A DNA stretch of 64,000 nt from the IMG/VR virus record IMGVR_UViG_3300005239_000276. One strand, given 5' to 3'. Made by a program: the position numbers and the translations under genes. The notes beneath the pieces are model-generated. The model was not told the origin of the DNA. It made no database searches and saw only the letters and a list, made by a program, of their open reading frames with translations. Position 1 is the stretch's first letter. Every line of letters begins with the position of its first letter. The DNA comes from an uncultured virus (IMG/VR IMGVR_UViG_3300005239_000276) (Duplodnaviria; Heunggongvirae; Uroviricota; Caudoviricetes). Shown piece after piece: positions 9,923-19,121 of this stretch.

Positions 9923-10094
9923 TCTCAAACTCCTTTACTAAACGTTCTGATTGTTTTTTATCAATTCCACAAGGTGCATTTCTTAAACAAATTATAATAC
10001 ACTCAGTATCACTGATTGTAGGTTTAATTGTAAATCCCCATTTGTCAACTTCACCTTCGATAGGTGCTTCGCATGGGTCGAATTCATGTGGCAT
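9909..10094 (-). CDS. Small hypothetical protein
   Basis: MPHEFDPCEAP...DKWGFTIKP; TAATG coupling to purS. Confidence 0.6.
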   Translation of the reverse strand: MPHEFDPCEAPIEGEVDKWGFTIKPTISDTECIIICLRNAPCGIDKKQSERLVKEFENGRI

Positions 10095-10369
10095 TATTCT
10101 ACTCCTTGAGGGAAACTATCAATTTCAGTCAATTCATAATACCAATCCTCCATTACAGTATTGGCAAGAAATCTACCACTCAATCTTGTCACTTCTTTGG
10201 CGGCATACTCTTTATCAGGTGCCTCAATCCAAATGTCAATGACCTTACCTAACCTCAACTTTTTAATATCCAGTTCAGACAATCTCTTACAGGCATCTCT
10301 CACAGCATTACCAGGAGAGTCATCGACCTGAGATCTTAATCGAATGAATACTAATGCTTTAAACTTCAT
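10094..10369 (-). CDS. purS: Phosphoribosylformylglycinamidine synthase subunit PurS
   Basis: MKFKALVFIRLRSQVDDSPGNAV...LRLGKVIDI...LANTVMEDW matches the PurS pattern. Confidence 0.85.
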   Translation of the reverse strand: MKFKALVFIRLRSQVDDSPGNAVRDACKRLSELDIKKLRLGKVIDIWIEAPDKEYAAKEVTRLSGRFLANTVMEDWYYELTEIDSFPQGVE

Positions 10370-10577
10370 GGTCGTTCCACCTCTCATCAAGTGCTTCATT
10401 AACAATATCTTTCAATTCTCTACGTTCTTCGGGTGTGAAGATTGTACGATGCTTTACTGGCATTGGAGGGATATCCCTCTTAGAATTGGTATTACCCTTA
10501 GAGGGAATACTCATGCCTTGTGTATCAATTTTATCTTGTCTCATTTGTAGTAACTTAATAAACCATTCCAGTTCCAT
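10359..10577 (-). CDS. Small hypothetical protein
   Basis: DKIDTQGMS...RTIFTPEERRELK; start codon uncertain. Confidence 0.55.
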   Translation of the reverse strand: MELEWFIKLLQMRQDKIDTQGMSIPSKGNTNSKRDIPPMPVKHRTIFTPEERRELKDIVNEALDERWNDHEV

Positions 10578-11114
10578 TTAATTTATATTCCCAAATAAAT
10601 TATTGATTACCATAGGAAGTAAACGATGTTCTGCTCTCTGAACTCTGTGATGTAAAGTCTCTTCTGTATCTCCTACACAAATAGGAACAGAAGAAGAATC
10701 AATACATTCCCCAGAGTCTAACTCTTCAGTCACATAATGAACTGTACATCCAGTGATTTTATCACCACTGTCTAATGCCTGCTTAACGGCATTAAGACCT
10801 TTATACTTTGGAAGTAATGATGGATGAATATTAATTATCTTATTTGGAAAAGCATGAATCAATCCTGGTGTAACAATCCTCATCCAACCTGCAAGAACTA
10901 CTAAATCAACTTTGTGTCTATTAAGTTTATCAATGATTTTTTGTTCATCAATACTCTTAATACGACAGTTAGGAATACCCAATCGTTCGGCCCTTTCTTG
11001 AGCACCACATCCTTTAATATTGTAGATCATAACTACAACTTCATGGTCTGGACAATTCTCAACAATATTCTCAAAGTTAGTTCCGTTTCCAGAACACATG
11101 ACTCCAATTCTCAT
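10578..11114 (-). CDS. purN: Phosphoribosylglycinamide formyltransferase
   Basis: SGNGTNF, LVVLAGWMRI, INIHPSLLPKYKG, TGCTVHYVTEELDSG, EHRL. Confidence 0.95.
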   Translation of the reverse strand: MRIGVMCSGNGTNFENIVENCPDHEVVVMIYNIKGCGAQERAERLGIPNCRIKSIDEQKIIDKLNRHKVDLVVLAGWMRIVTPGLIHAFPNKIINIHPSLLPKYKGLNAVKQALDSGDKITGCTVHYVTEELDSGECIDSSSVPICVGDTEETLHHRVQRAEHRLLPMVINNLFGNIN

Positions 11115-11130
11115 TGAAATTCACACTCCA
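11111..11130 (-). repeat. Copy C (20 bp) of the gp44 3' end
   Basis: tcattgaaattcacactcca vs gp44 tcattggaattcacactcca (19/20). Confidence 0.85.
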
Positions 11131-11314
11131 TGACATTAGGTATAGTAGGATAATTACCGACAGTAGAATATATACCATCATCATCCCCATATACTTCAAT
11201 CACATTGTATTCATCATTGAATAGATTTATAAGGTCTTGATGCAAATCACTAGAGTTAGATGATTTACTATGTTGGAAACCAGTGTAATCATCAAAAATA
11301 ATCGTACAGTTCAT
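11111..11314 (-). CDS. 67-aa hypothetical protein ending in a gp44-like tail (...VMECEFQ*)
   Basis: ATG at 11314 lies in the ATGA of repeat copy B; last 20 nt match the gp44 3' end. Confidence 0.6.
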   Translation of the reverse strand: MNCTIIFDDYTGFQHSKSSNSSDLHQDLINLFNDEYNVIEVYGDDDGIYSTVGNYPTIPNVMECEFQ

Positions 11315-11365
11315 TGAAATTCGCACTCCACCATAATCTCAGTCAAACAGGCAAGTAAGTTTATT
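11310..11365 (-). repeat. Copy B (56 bp) of the gp44 3' end
   Basis: 54/56 identical to 12004-12059; both mismatches are synonymous third positions in the gp44 frame. Confidence 0.95.
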
Positions 11366-11366
11366 A

Positions 11367-12008
11367 TCACATAAACAAAGTAAGATCAATCGATTGCGAT
11401 TGATAATTGGATGAAAAAGATTTTGGATCTACATTACTAGAATCCTCATCCAAATTCAAAAGTGGTGATTCTCTAAAAAATTTTCTGTATTTAAATAATT
11501 CAAAACGTTCATATCTTAACAGCCAATTTTCTTTTTGAGGATCCGAGATATCTGATGGAGATGGAATAAGTCCAATCCATAAAGGTTTTCCAGTGTAAGT
11601 TCCATTCATGACATCAAGTCCAAGACCATATTTATCCTCATAAAGACCATACTTATACTCTTCTTCAGAAGAAACTTTAGCAGTTCCAGCATAACGATCT
11701 CTATGATGAATTGTTCTCTTATTTAGATAAGATGTCTTTATTGGGTTTTTATTAGGACCGTTTTTTCTATCCCAATACCATCCTTTAGATTTACCAATGT
11801 AAATACATTCTAAAAAATCAGATGGTAAATTTTCTTCGGATGGTTTAGTTTCACTAAAAACATGACCATAAACTGCTCCACCGTGGTTAATCCCAATTGG
11901 ACGCGTTATCTTATAATGTTGAGACATTTTTTCCCAATGCACTTTTAGTACTGGATATTCTTCTTGTTCATCAGAAAGAAGTTTGAGATAAGTTGAAAGA
12001 AGATTCAT
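11367..12008 (-). CDS. Putative GIY-YIG-family endonuclease
   Basis: GAVYG...CIYIGKS, LNKRTIHH (Arg), LLRYERFE (Glu), PLLN (Asn), in canonical order with a long GIY-YIG spacer. Confidence 0.6.
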   Translation of the reverse strand: MNLLSTYLKLLSDEQEEYPVLKVHWEKMSQHYKITRPIGINHGGAVYGHVFSETKPSEENLPSDFLECIYIGKSKGWYWDRKNGPNKNPIKTSYLNKRTIHHRDRYAGTAKVSSEEEYKYGLYEDKYGLGLDVMNGTYTGKPLWIGLIPSPSDISDPQKENWLLRYERFELFKYRKFFRESPLLNLDEDSSNVDPKSFSSNYQSQSIDLTLFM

Positions 12009-12946
12009 TGGAATTCACACTCCACCATAATCTCAGTCAAACAGGCAAGTAAGTTTATTTCCTGGTCAGCCACAAATGCCATTTGATACTGATACTTAGC
12101 AAGGACAAGCACAGCAGCAGGAATACTATTCGGAACCAAGGAAACATAACAAGCATCGTAAATACGACGCAGTAGAACAGTAGTATCATTGTCCAGGTTA
12201 TTGACAACCCATTTACGTACTTCGGGAAAATTCTTCTCTTTAAGGTTTTTAACCAGTTCATTGACGGCAACATCTGAAAAAGTGGCAAGAATACCAGAGT
12301 CGATTTTCCCACTTACAGAATATCTTTGGCATTCATTAAGAACACGTCTCCAATCAGGAAAGTGCTTATTGATTAATTCTACCAGGACCTTGTTATCATA
12401 TTCAACACCTTCTGCATCCAAGATTTGTTGGATACGTTTGAAGAACTGTGCTGCAATACCCTGTCGTTCTTTTCCTTTGATTCCAAACTCAACGACGGCA
12501 CATCGGGAGTGAAGGGGTTCGAGGATTTTGTTTTTGTAGTTGCAGGTGAAGATGAATCTGCAATTGCCAGCGAACTCCTCAATAAACGCCCGTAACAGGA
12601 GTTGTACATCATTGGATGTGTTGTCAGCTTCGTCAATGATGATGACTTTGTGTTTAGAATCTGACGTAAGCGATACGGTCGAAGCAAAGTTTTTCGCATT
12701 ATTTCTGACGGTATCAAGGAATCGTCCCTCATCGGATCCGTTGATGACATATACATCTACTCCAAGTTCTTTACATAGTGCCTTTGCTACTGTTGTTTTA
12801 CCGATGCCTGGAGGACCGGCAAGTAGCATATTAGGTATCTCTCCCTTATCTAGGAAAGATTGAAAGGTCTTCTTTGTACTCTCAGGGAGAATACATTCTT
12901 CAATAGTTTGTGGTCGATACTTCTCAACCCAGATGAAGTTGCTCAT
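12005..12946 (-). CDS. gp44: Clamp loader large subunit
   Basis: WVEKYRP, GPPGIGKTT, IIIDEAD, PLHSRC. Confidence 0.97.
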   Translation of the reverse strand: MSNFIWVEKYRPQTIEECILPESTKKTFQSFLDKGEIPNMLLAGPPGIGKTTVAKALCKELGVDVYVINGSDEGRFLDTVRNNAKNFASTVSLTSDSKHKVIIIDEADNTSNDVQLLLRAFIEEFAGNCRFIFTCNYKNKILEPLHSRCAVVEFGIKGKERQGIAAQFFKRIQQILDAEGVEYDNKVLVELINKHFPDWRRVLNECQRYSVSGKIDSGILATFSDVAVNELVKNLKEKNFPEVRKWVVNNLDNDTTVLLRRIYDACYVSLVPNSIPAAVLVLAKYQYQMAFVADQEINLLACLTEIMVECEFQ

Positions 12947-12954
12947 AATCAAAT

Positions 12955-13260
12955 CTACTTGTCCTTTAGTATATCACAACCTTTCGGTTCTGTGTTCAAA
13001 TCCATACCTTGTCCTTGATTGTCCGTCTTTGGACTTCCCTCATTTTTCTTTTCAGTTTTTTGAAATGAAACTCTTTTGTATCTGTTAGCAAATATATCAG
13101 GACACCAATAGGTCACAATCCAATTAACGGTAGGATTTAGTTCCATATGTTTTTCAACACTATGTTTCATAATACCTATTTGAATGTATCCATCGTGCAT
13201 AATACATCCACCATCTTCCAATTTATAAAGATAAAGTGTTTTTATTTTTTCTTCTTTCAC
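12955..13260 (-). CDS. Hypothetical protein
   Basis: 101-aa ORF with GTG start, filling the space between neighbours. Confidence 0.55.
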   Translation of the reverse strand: MKEEKIKTLYLYKLEDGGCIMHDGYIQIGIMKHSVEKHMELNPTVNWIVTYWCPDIFANRYKRVSFQKTEKKNEGSPKTDNQGQGMDLNTEPKGCDILKDK

Positions 13261-13261
13261 T

Positions 13262-13780
13262 CTATACCCATTCAGGTTTACGATTTGGCAGTCTCAAGTA
13301 ATTATTAGATACCCATGGTTTAGAAGCAATGTACATCTTATACGCTTCGATGGTACTTATATTCATATCAAACTTAAACTCTTCAGGCATTGCACGAACA
13401 AATGGAGTCAGTTTTGATTGATGAATAGCATCTAATGGAAAGATTTTATTTGCATGTGCAAGAGTATGAAGACATGAATGAATTTTTCCATATCGATTAG
13501 AATACTCCTCACATAATGCAAGACCGTGCCGGATCAACCATCGGGCATTTGCAGCAGTTTCATTTGCCCATACTGTGCAGGGGTGATTGCGGAAAGCACC
13601 CTTATCGGTCGCATATGGGGTTCCATCGGTCTTAGGAAGAGTTCCATACCCGTGCCCCCATTTGTCTGAGGCAACGATAGAGAGCATCTGACAGCACTCT
13701 AGAGGCATCTTGACGATGTGCTTATCAGGAAGAACCTGTGCCGACTTGACTGGACTTTCATCCGTCACAAAAATATTCAT
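13262..13780 (-). CDS. Pyrimidine-dimer DNA glycosylase-like protein
   Basis: MNIFVTD...DKHIVKMPLECCQMLS, HPCTVW, EEYSNRYGKIH. Confidence 0.7.
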   Translation of the reverse strand: MNIFVTDESPVKSAQVLPDKHIVKMPLECCQMLSIVASDKWGHGYGTLPKTDGTPYATDKGAFRNHPCTVWANETAANARWLIRHGLALCEEYSNRYGKIHSCLHTLAHANKIFPLDAIHQSKLTPFVRAMPEEFKFDMNISTIEAYKMYIASKPWVSNNYLRLPNRKPEWV

Positions 13781-13992
13781 GTTAAGAGTTTGCTAAAACT
13801 GATTGCCAGTAGGAACATAAGCATTATAACGACATCCCAAGATTTTGTCCTTATAAAGTAAGGAACTGAAATCATATCAGCAACGAAGTGCAGCATAACT
13901 CCAAGAGTTATATTGATATGGAGAACAACAAAATATGCAGTAATCACTAGGATACTACCAGTTATTCTCATTGGGACATCAACTTTAATCAT
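13777..13992 (-). CDS. Small membrane protein
   Basis: Three hydrophobic stretches; ATGA overlaps on both sides. Confidence 0.65.
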   Translation of the reverse strand: MIKVDVPMRITGSILVITAYFVVLHINITLGVMLHFVADMISVPYFIRTKSWDVVIMLMFLLAISFSKLLT

Positions 13993-14324
13993 TTCAAAGG
14001 TCGAGTAAAGATTTCAGATACAATGTCTGTTGCACCCATTGCTTCATACATATAAGTCGCACCAGATCGTGGATTTGTATGATCTCCACAGGTAAAGACA
14101 TCACATACTGCCATACCATTCTCCGGCCATGTATGAATACTAATGTGAGACTCGGCAAGAAGTGCTATGGCAGTTACACCATGAGGATCAAACTTATGTG
14201 ATGAAATATCTAATAATGTGCTTTCAGATAGTGTTGCAGCATTTGAAAGCACATTGCGAATGTGTGCTTCATCATCTAGTAATCCATATGGACACCCTTT
14301 GAGGGTGAAGAGAATGTGTCTCAT
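13989..14324 (-). CDS. speD: S-adenosylmethionine decarboxylase proenzyme
   Basis: HKFDPHGVT, LLAESHISIHTWPE (self-cleavage ES), DVFTCG. Confidence 0.93.
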   Translation of the reverse strand: MRHILFTLKGCPYGLLDDEAHIRNVLSNAATLSESTLLDISSHKFDPHGVTAIALLAESHISIHTWPENGMAVCDVFTCGDHTNPRSGATYMYEAMGATDIVSEIFTRPLK

Positions 14325-14986
14325 CCGAATGTCGAATCAGGTTCCAGAGCAATATAATACTTGAGATTGTGTTGTGTATTCGTGAATTGTGACAGAAGTT
14401 TAGAGGACACTACTACCTCATAGGCACCAGGAATAATCTTGATGTTTTCTACCTTAAAGTTAAACTCAAAATCATCACTAGTCTCACCAACAACAATGGC
14501 ATACTCGTTAGAAGTATCATTCTTCTTATCACGAACCACCAGTTTGATGACACCATTCTCACCAATCGCAGACATATCAGGAAGTTGATATACTGCTGCT
14601 GCTTTGGTCAATTTTTCAAGTGTTACACTATCCAACTGGAAGCATACATCTTGAGATGGTAATGTAATCTCCTTCTCTGGAGGAGCAATAATTACATTCG
14701 GGTCGGCAAAGAAATACTTCACACGACGTTTGCCTTCTTTGATACTCAAGTAACTGTCTTGATTAAAGTCAAGGTCAGGATCCTGATGAAGACTCAAACC
14801 GTTCAAGAACTGATTGAGATCATAGATCGCAAAGTCCCGTGGAAAATCTTCTTTGATTTCTGCTTCGGCAAGAATGTTCTTTGCCACAGAGATAGTGCGA
14901 AGTTTGTTGCCTTGCTTTACAAGAATAGAGTTATTGATACCCGCAAAGTTCTTAAGGATAGCAAGTGCGTTGTCAGACAGTTTCAT
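14321..14986 (-). CDS. gp45: Sliding clamp
   Basis: MKLS...LKNFAGINNSI, FAIYDLNQFL, YYIALEPDS. Confidence 0.95.
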   Translation of the reverse strand: MKLSDNALAILKNFAGINNSILVKQGNKLRTISVAKNILAEAEIKEDFPRDFAIYDLNQFLNGLSLHQDPDLDFNQDSYLSIKEGKRRVKYFFADPNVIIAPPEKEITLPSQDVCFQLDSVTLEKLTKAAAVYQLPDMSAIGENGVIKLVVRDKKNDTSNEYAIVVGETSDDFEFNFKVENIKIIPGAYEVVVSSKLLSQFTNTQHNLKYYIALEPDSTFG

Positions 14987-15009
14987 TGTGTGTTCTTTGA
15001 GTTTCATTA

Positions 15010-15317
15010 TTATTGAGGGTAGGTTTCACGTTTTGCATTCTTATCATTGAAATGCATCAGAAGAACAGCATAGTGAAGATCTTAATTATATCACGACGTG
15101 CCGTGCCTTTCTTATCATATCGTGAAGCATACTTAAGAATATTAGATCTACAGAATGTTCACCNNNNNNNNNNNNNNNNNNNNTTACAATCTCCTCCTCA
15201 TTATATTTAAAAGGAGTGCTGAGGTTGGAATAAAATCAATAGGACTTTGTTGCGTATCAAATTAGTGTTTTATCCATTTTAAATTTCATCATAAAGCATA
15301 GACCAAGAGTTAGTCAT
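15010..15317 (-). CDS. DUF3310-like conserved protein, interrupted by a 20-N gap and frameshifts
   Basis: Start MTNSWSMLYDE; 3' part FCRSNILKYASRYDKKGTARRDIIK / LHYAVLLMHFND. Confidence 0.65.
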
Positions 15318-15328
15318 AACTTATTATA

Positions 15329-16451
15329 TCAAGAAAAGTTGTGAGCGTCAAGAGATTCTTTTTGTTGCTTTTCAGTAGGCATCACAAAGTCGGCATCCAC
15401 TTTATCATAGAGTTCCAAGAATGATTGCTTGGTCTCATCATCAAAACGACTTACACAAACTTGGATTGCTTTTGCCTTATCTTTGAAGATGCTGAAAGCA
15501 CGGATGATGTGAACCAAACGACGGGTGCTGATGATTTCATCAATACCACCATCATAGAAAGTGTTACGAATGATGTCTGCCCAGTCTACAAGACGTTTGC
15601 AGAAGTCAGAATCTTCGACTCCAAGATCTAAAGAAATACCCTCAAGAATTTTCCTCTTCAGTTGCAGGAGTTGGATAAGACTGCTCAAAGGTTACTGGAA
15701 AACGTTCAAGGAATGCTTCGTTGAGAACATTAGTGCCGATAAAACGACCATCTTCAGAACCTTTACCTTTTGTGTTCGCAGTAGCAAATACATTGAAACC
15801 TTTTGTTGGTTTTACATACTTACCAATTTTCTTCAGGAACACACCTTTACCTTCAAGGATGGACTGGAGACAGAGGATTTTATTACTAGCAAGGTCAACT
15901 TCATCGAGTAACAGAATTGCTCCTCTCTGGAGTGCTTCAACTACAGGTCCGTCCTGCCATTCAGTGATTGTATTACCTCTAGGATCAGATAGGCGAAAAC
16001 CACCAATAAGATCGTCTTCATCAGTCTCAATAGTAATGTTTACACGAATCAATTCACGTCCAAGTTGAGCACAAGCTTGCTCTACAGATAACGTTTTACC
16101 ATTACCCGAAAGACCCGTAATGAACGTTGGATAGAAAAGACGGGACTGAATAATTTTTTTAACATCACCAAAGTTACCAAACTTGACGAAGGTATCATCT
16201 TTATCAGGGATAAGGTTTTGTTGTTCCTGAGCGGGAACAATTGCAGCAGGTGCTTGGTAGGTTTGCTCCATTTGTTCCCGAACGGTAAGGTTCCACTTAC
16301 CACGACTAACTTTGTAATCGTTAAGTTTATTGGTGACAGTCTGGTAATTAGAACCATTCATAGCACACCAAGCACGAATGTCAGCGGCAGTCACAGACTC
16401 TCCATACACTGCTTGGAGAGAAGTGCGGATGTAGTCAACAGAGACGGTCAT
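15329..16451 (-). CDS. cobS: CobS-like/MoxR-type AAA+ ATPase (apparent frameshift near 15652)
   Basis: GLSGNGKT, LLLDEVD, ATANTKG, NEAFLERF; IISTRRLVH in the second frame. Confidence 0.9.
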
Positions 16452-16476
16452 TGAGTGGTTTGTTTTAACTGAAGTT

Positions 16477-16521
16477 ATTATACATCAAAAAGGGGGTCTC
16501 TAGGACCCCCAGTGGACAGTT
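16477..16521 (-). promoter_or_regulatory. AACTGTCCAC box plus hairpin plus TATAAT upstream of cobS
   Basis: AACTGTCCACT-GGGGGTC-ctaga-GACCCCC-TTTTTGATG-TATAAT. Confidence 0.6.
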
Positions 16522-16793
16522 TAAGAATTGGTCAGATGCTCTTTCAACTCTTTAATCAATTTTCTGCGAGAATGTCTCCTATCCAGTTCAATACCAACAG
16601 TTCTACCATACTCTTCAAGTTCGTCCTTACTCATTTCATCAATAGAAACATCACTTTCAAAAACTTCTTGAGTAGGTTCAGGAGCAATTGCTTCTGCTGG
16701 TTCTGAAGGAACTGCAACTGGAGTAGGTTGTGCAGGTGCTGCTGGAGCTGGTGCCGGAGTTTTTCCTCCCAATAAATCTCCAAATCTAGACAT
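16521..16793 (-). CDS. Pro/Ala-rich protein with a C-terminal Rho-N/HeH-like motif
   Basis: IDEMSKDELEEYGRTVGIELDRRHSRRKLIKEL; late-promoter-like ATAAATA at 16818-16824. Confidence 0.65.
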   Translation of the reverse strand: MSRFGDLLGGKTPAPAPAAPAQPTPVAVPSEPAEAIAPEPTQEVFESDVSIDEMSKDELEEYGRTVGIELDRRHSRRKLIKELKEHLTNS

Positions 16794-16823
16794 TCTTAAT
16801 ACCTATTACTATAGAAATATTTA

Positions 16824-18938
16824 TCAAGCAATAAGTCCCACAAACTCATTTAAGATTTTCTTATTCATTTTTTTACCCTTCAAACTCTTCATAAAAGATT
16901 TTTTGATTTGAGTTTTAGAAGCATCTTCTGATACCTCAAATTCAGATTCACTTGCAAGAGTTGTTGCCGAAAGTGCAATATAAGAATGATATCCAGAATT
17001 CTTGATAGCAAATGATCTCTGCTTTTTCCACTGGTTTTGAATTTTGTTTCTCAATTCATGTTCGTTATAAGTATAACGACTAATAAAACGATGAGAATCA
17101 CGAGACTCAAGAACACGAATACCAATAAAATTAGTGTCAGTAAAATTGTCTCTCAAATTTTGAATCAAAATATCAGTGTAATCATCCCATATAGAATCCA
17201 AAGAATAAGTGTTTCCTGTTTTACGATCACGGAGATAACAATTATCACCAATTCTTCCAAGTCCAATAAAAGGTTCAAACTCCCATGAACGTTGAATCTC
17301 ACGATGATAAGTAAGTCCATAACCCTCACCATCACTCAATACGACACACTGAACTTTTTGGACTTTAGTATTTTTCTTGAACTGTGGAATGATTTGATGA
17401 AGTGCAATCATCGTTTCATTCAAAGGAGTTCCGGACAATCCCATTCCAACAGGAATAGGATATCTTCCACCGAAAGTAATATATTGTGCAAGACGGAACA
17501 TATTCTTCAATTGTTTTTCCAAAGTTTTAGAATTGACTTTGTGTGACAAAATATTCATCAAAGAAAACTGTTCTCCAACCTGCATCAAACCATCTTTTTT
17601 CTCATATGGTCTTTTGCGACAAAGTTGTTCTCCATCATCACTTACTAATGGATACTCATTCGTGAATGCATATACCTCAAATGGAATAGAAACTTTCTTA
17701 CAGAACCATACAAGATTGAATAACTGTTTCATAGTATCCATCATTACATGGGTCATAGAACCAGACCAATCAAGAATAAAAATCAATCCATGATCTTTAC
17801 CATCGGCAAGTGTGGTTACTTTCTTGAACAAGTCTTCGTTGTATTTGTAGGTGTGGAGTTTAGAGCAGTCCAAAACTCCAGTGCGACTAGTAGTAGCACG
17901 AGCATAACTATTAGCAGATTTTCTACATTCAAATTCTTTGACAAGATAATTTACCTCTTTCTGTGCTGATTTTTTAAATTTCATAAACTCACTATCAACA
18001 TAATCAAACAGATAAGGATCGTGAGGATTGTCCCAGAGTTCATCACATCTCTCATGAATCTCTTCATTTGGAACAATAATATCATCAAGATTAACTTGAG
18101 GAAGTTCTACATAAACATTCTCAATTCCATCCATTGATGCAAGTTTTTTGATTGCATCCTGTAATGAATCCATCGTATCGACTTTAGGTTCAGGATTAGT
18201 TTCTCCACCCTGACGAACATGCTCGGTGTCTTGCTCGGCAACATGCTCGGTGTCTTGCTCGGTATCAGCACTATCTTCAGATTCTCCAGGTTGCTGTTGT
18301 TGCTCCATAGAATTATCAGACTGCTCTTCGGATGAACCAGAACTTTGTGATTCCAATGAATCCATATCAGTCTTGGTTTCGGTATTCATCTGCTCCTGAC
18401 AATACTTATAGAGTGCCTGTGCCGCAATCAGAACATCATCAAAATCCTCACAACCTTCGATCATGCGAACGATAGGCATCTCTACATATTCACCAAAAGG
18501 AATATCAACAAAGTTTCCAATCTTAAAGTGAAGATTTACACGATCAGCAAGATTCATCTTACTTACATCTTCACACTCAACACCAAAGAAGTCCTCATCG
18601 GCAAGAATATTATATCCTTTATAGAAGGTCTTAGAGATACCAGCATAACGACGCTTCATCATTTTCTCAATACGAACATCCTCCACCACATTCACAAACT
18701 GTGGAGGTATCTTATATTCTTTTATCCAATCACGATCTGGTGTATAAAGTGCATGTCCCACTTCATGTGCCACCAACATATCATATATCTCATTACCTGC
18801 TTTATCCCAGTTCGGCAATGTCAGCACACGAGTATGGACATTGAAACATGCGGTCTCAACATTCTTGTTCTCTACCACAAGGTCTTCGGTGGCAAGAAGT
18901 TTAGCAAGTTGAGATTTGATTTCGTGCCTGACGGTCAT
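16824..18938 (-). CDS. HEXXH metallopeptidase-like plus vWA (CobT-like) protein, likely partner of the CobS-like ATPase
   Basis: AHEVGHALYT; acidic linker; MIDAS LDWSGSM, GTPL, LSDGE. Confidence 0.85.
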   Translation of the reverse strand: MTVRHEIKSQLAKLLATEDLVVENKNVETACFNVHTRVLTLPNWDKAGNEIYDMLVAHEVGHALYTPDRDWIKEYKIPPQFVNVVEDVRIEKMMKRRYAGISKTFYKGYNILADEDFFGVECEDVSKMNLADRVNLHFKIGNFVDIPFGEYVEMPIVRMIEGCEDFDDVLIAAQALYKYCQEQMNTETKTDMDSLESQSSGSSEEQSDNSMEQQQQPGESEDSADTEQDTEHVAEQDTEHVRQGGETNPEPKVDTMDSLQDAIKKLASMDGIENVYVELPQVNLDDIIVPNEEIHERCDELWDNPHDPYLFDYVDSEFMKFKKSAQKEVNYLVKEFECRKSANSYARATTSRTGVLDCSKLHTYKYNEDLFKKVTTLADGKDHGLIFILDWSGSMTHVMMDTMKQLFNLVWFCKKVSIPFEVYAFTNEYPLVSDDGEQLCRKRPYEKKDGLMQVGEQFSLMNILSHKVNSKTLEKQLKNMFRLAQYITFGGRYPIPVGMGLSGTPLNETMIALHQIIPQFKKNTKVQKVQCVVLSDGEGYGLTYHREIQRSWEFEPFIGLGRIGDNCYLRDRKTGNTYSLDSIWDDYTDILIQNLRDNFTDTNFIGIRVLESRDSHRFISRYTYNEHELRNKIQNQWKKQRSFAIKNSGYHSYIALSATTLASESEFEVSEDASKTQIKKSFMKSLKGKKMNKKILNEFVGLIA
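18216..18262. repeat. Two tandem 24-bp units in the acidic linker (EQDTEHV x2)
   Basis: aacatgctcggtgtcttgctcgg repeated. Confidence 0.85.
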
Positions 18939-18959
18939 AGGTGTGTTGCGTATGAACGT

Positions 18960-19005
18960 ATTATACAAAAGAACCCTGCTTTTTGGGCAGGGTCATGTGG
19001 CAGTT
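18960..19005 (-). promoter_or_regulatory. AACTGCCAC box plus hairpin plus TATAAT upstream of the vWA gene
   Basis: AACTGCCACATG-ACCCTGC-ccaaaaa-GCAGGGT-TCTTTTG-TATAAT. Confidence 0.6.
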
Positions 19006-19107
19006 CTTGAAGTGTCTCAGTGCCTCCTTTCGAGAACGCATTGCCTGAGGTTTCAGTTTTCGTTTCTGTTCTTTCTTAGAGTGATGCTTCCAGTTTGGGA
19101 CTTGCAT
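18961..19107 (-). CDS. 48-aa basic hypothetical protein (below the ORF-track cutoff)
   Basis: MQVPNWKHHSKKEQKRKLKPQAMRSRKEALRHFKNCHMTLPKKQGSFV*. Confidence 0.6.
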   Translation of the reverse strand: MQVPNWKHHSKKEQKRKLKPQAMRSRKEALRHFKNCHMTLPKKQGSFV

Positions 19108-19121
19108 TGTTCTTTGATGTA

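Noticed and set aside
15164..15700. cobS and DUF3310-like genes as pseudogenes
   Set aside because: Single-base indels cluster next to a gap, consistent with low-coverage consensus errors.
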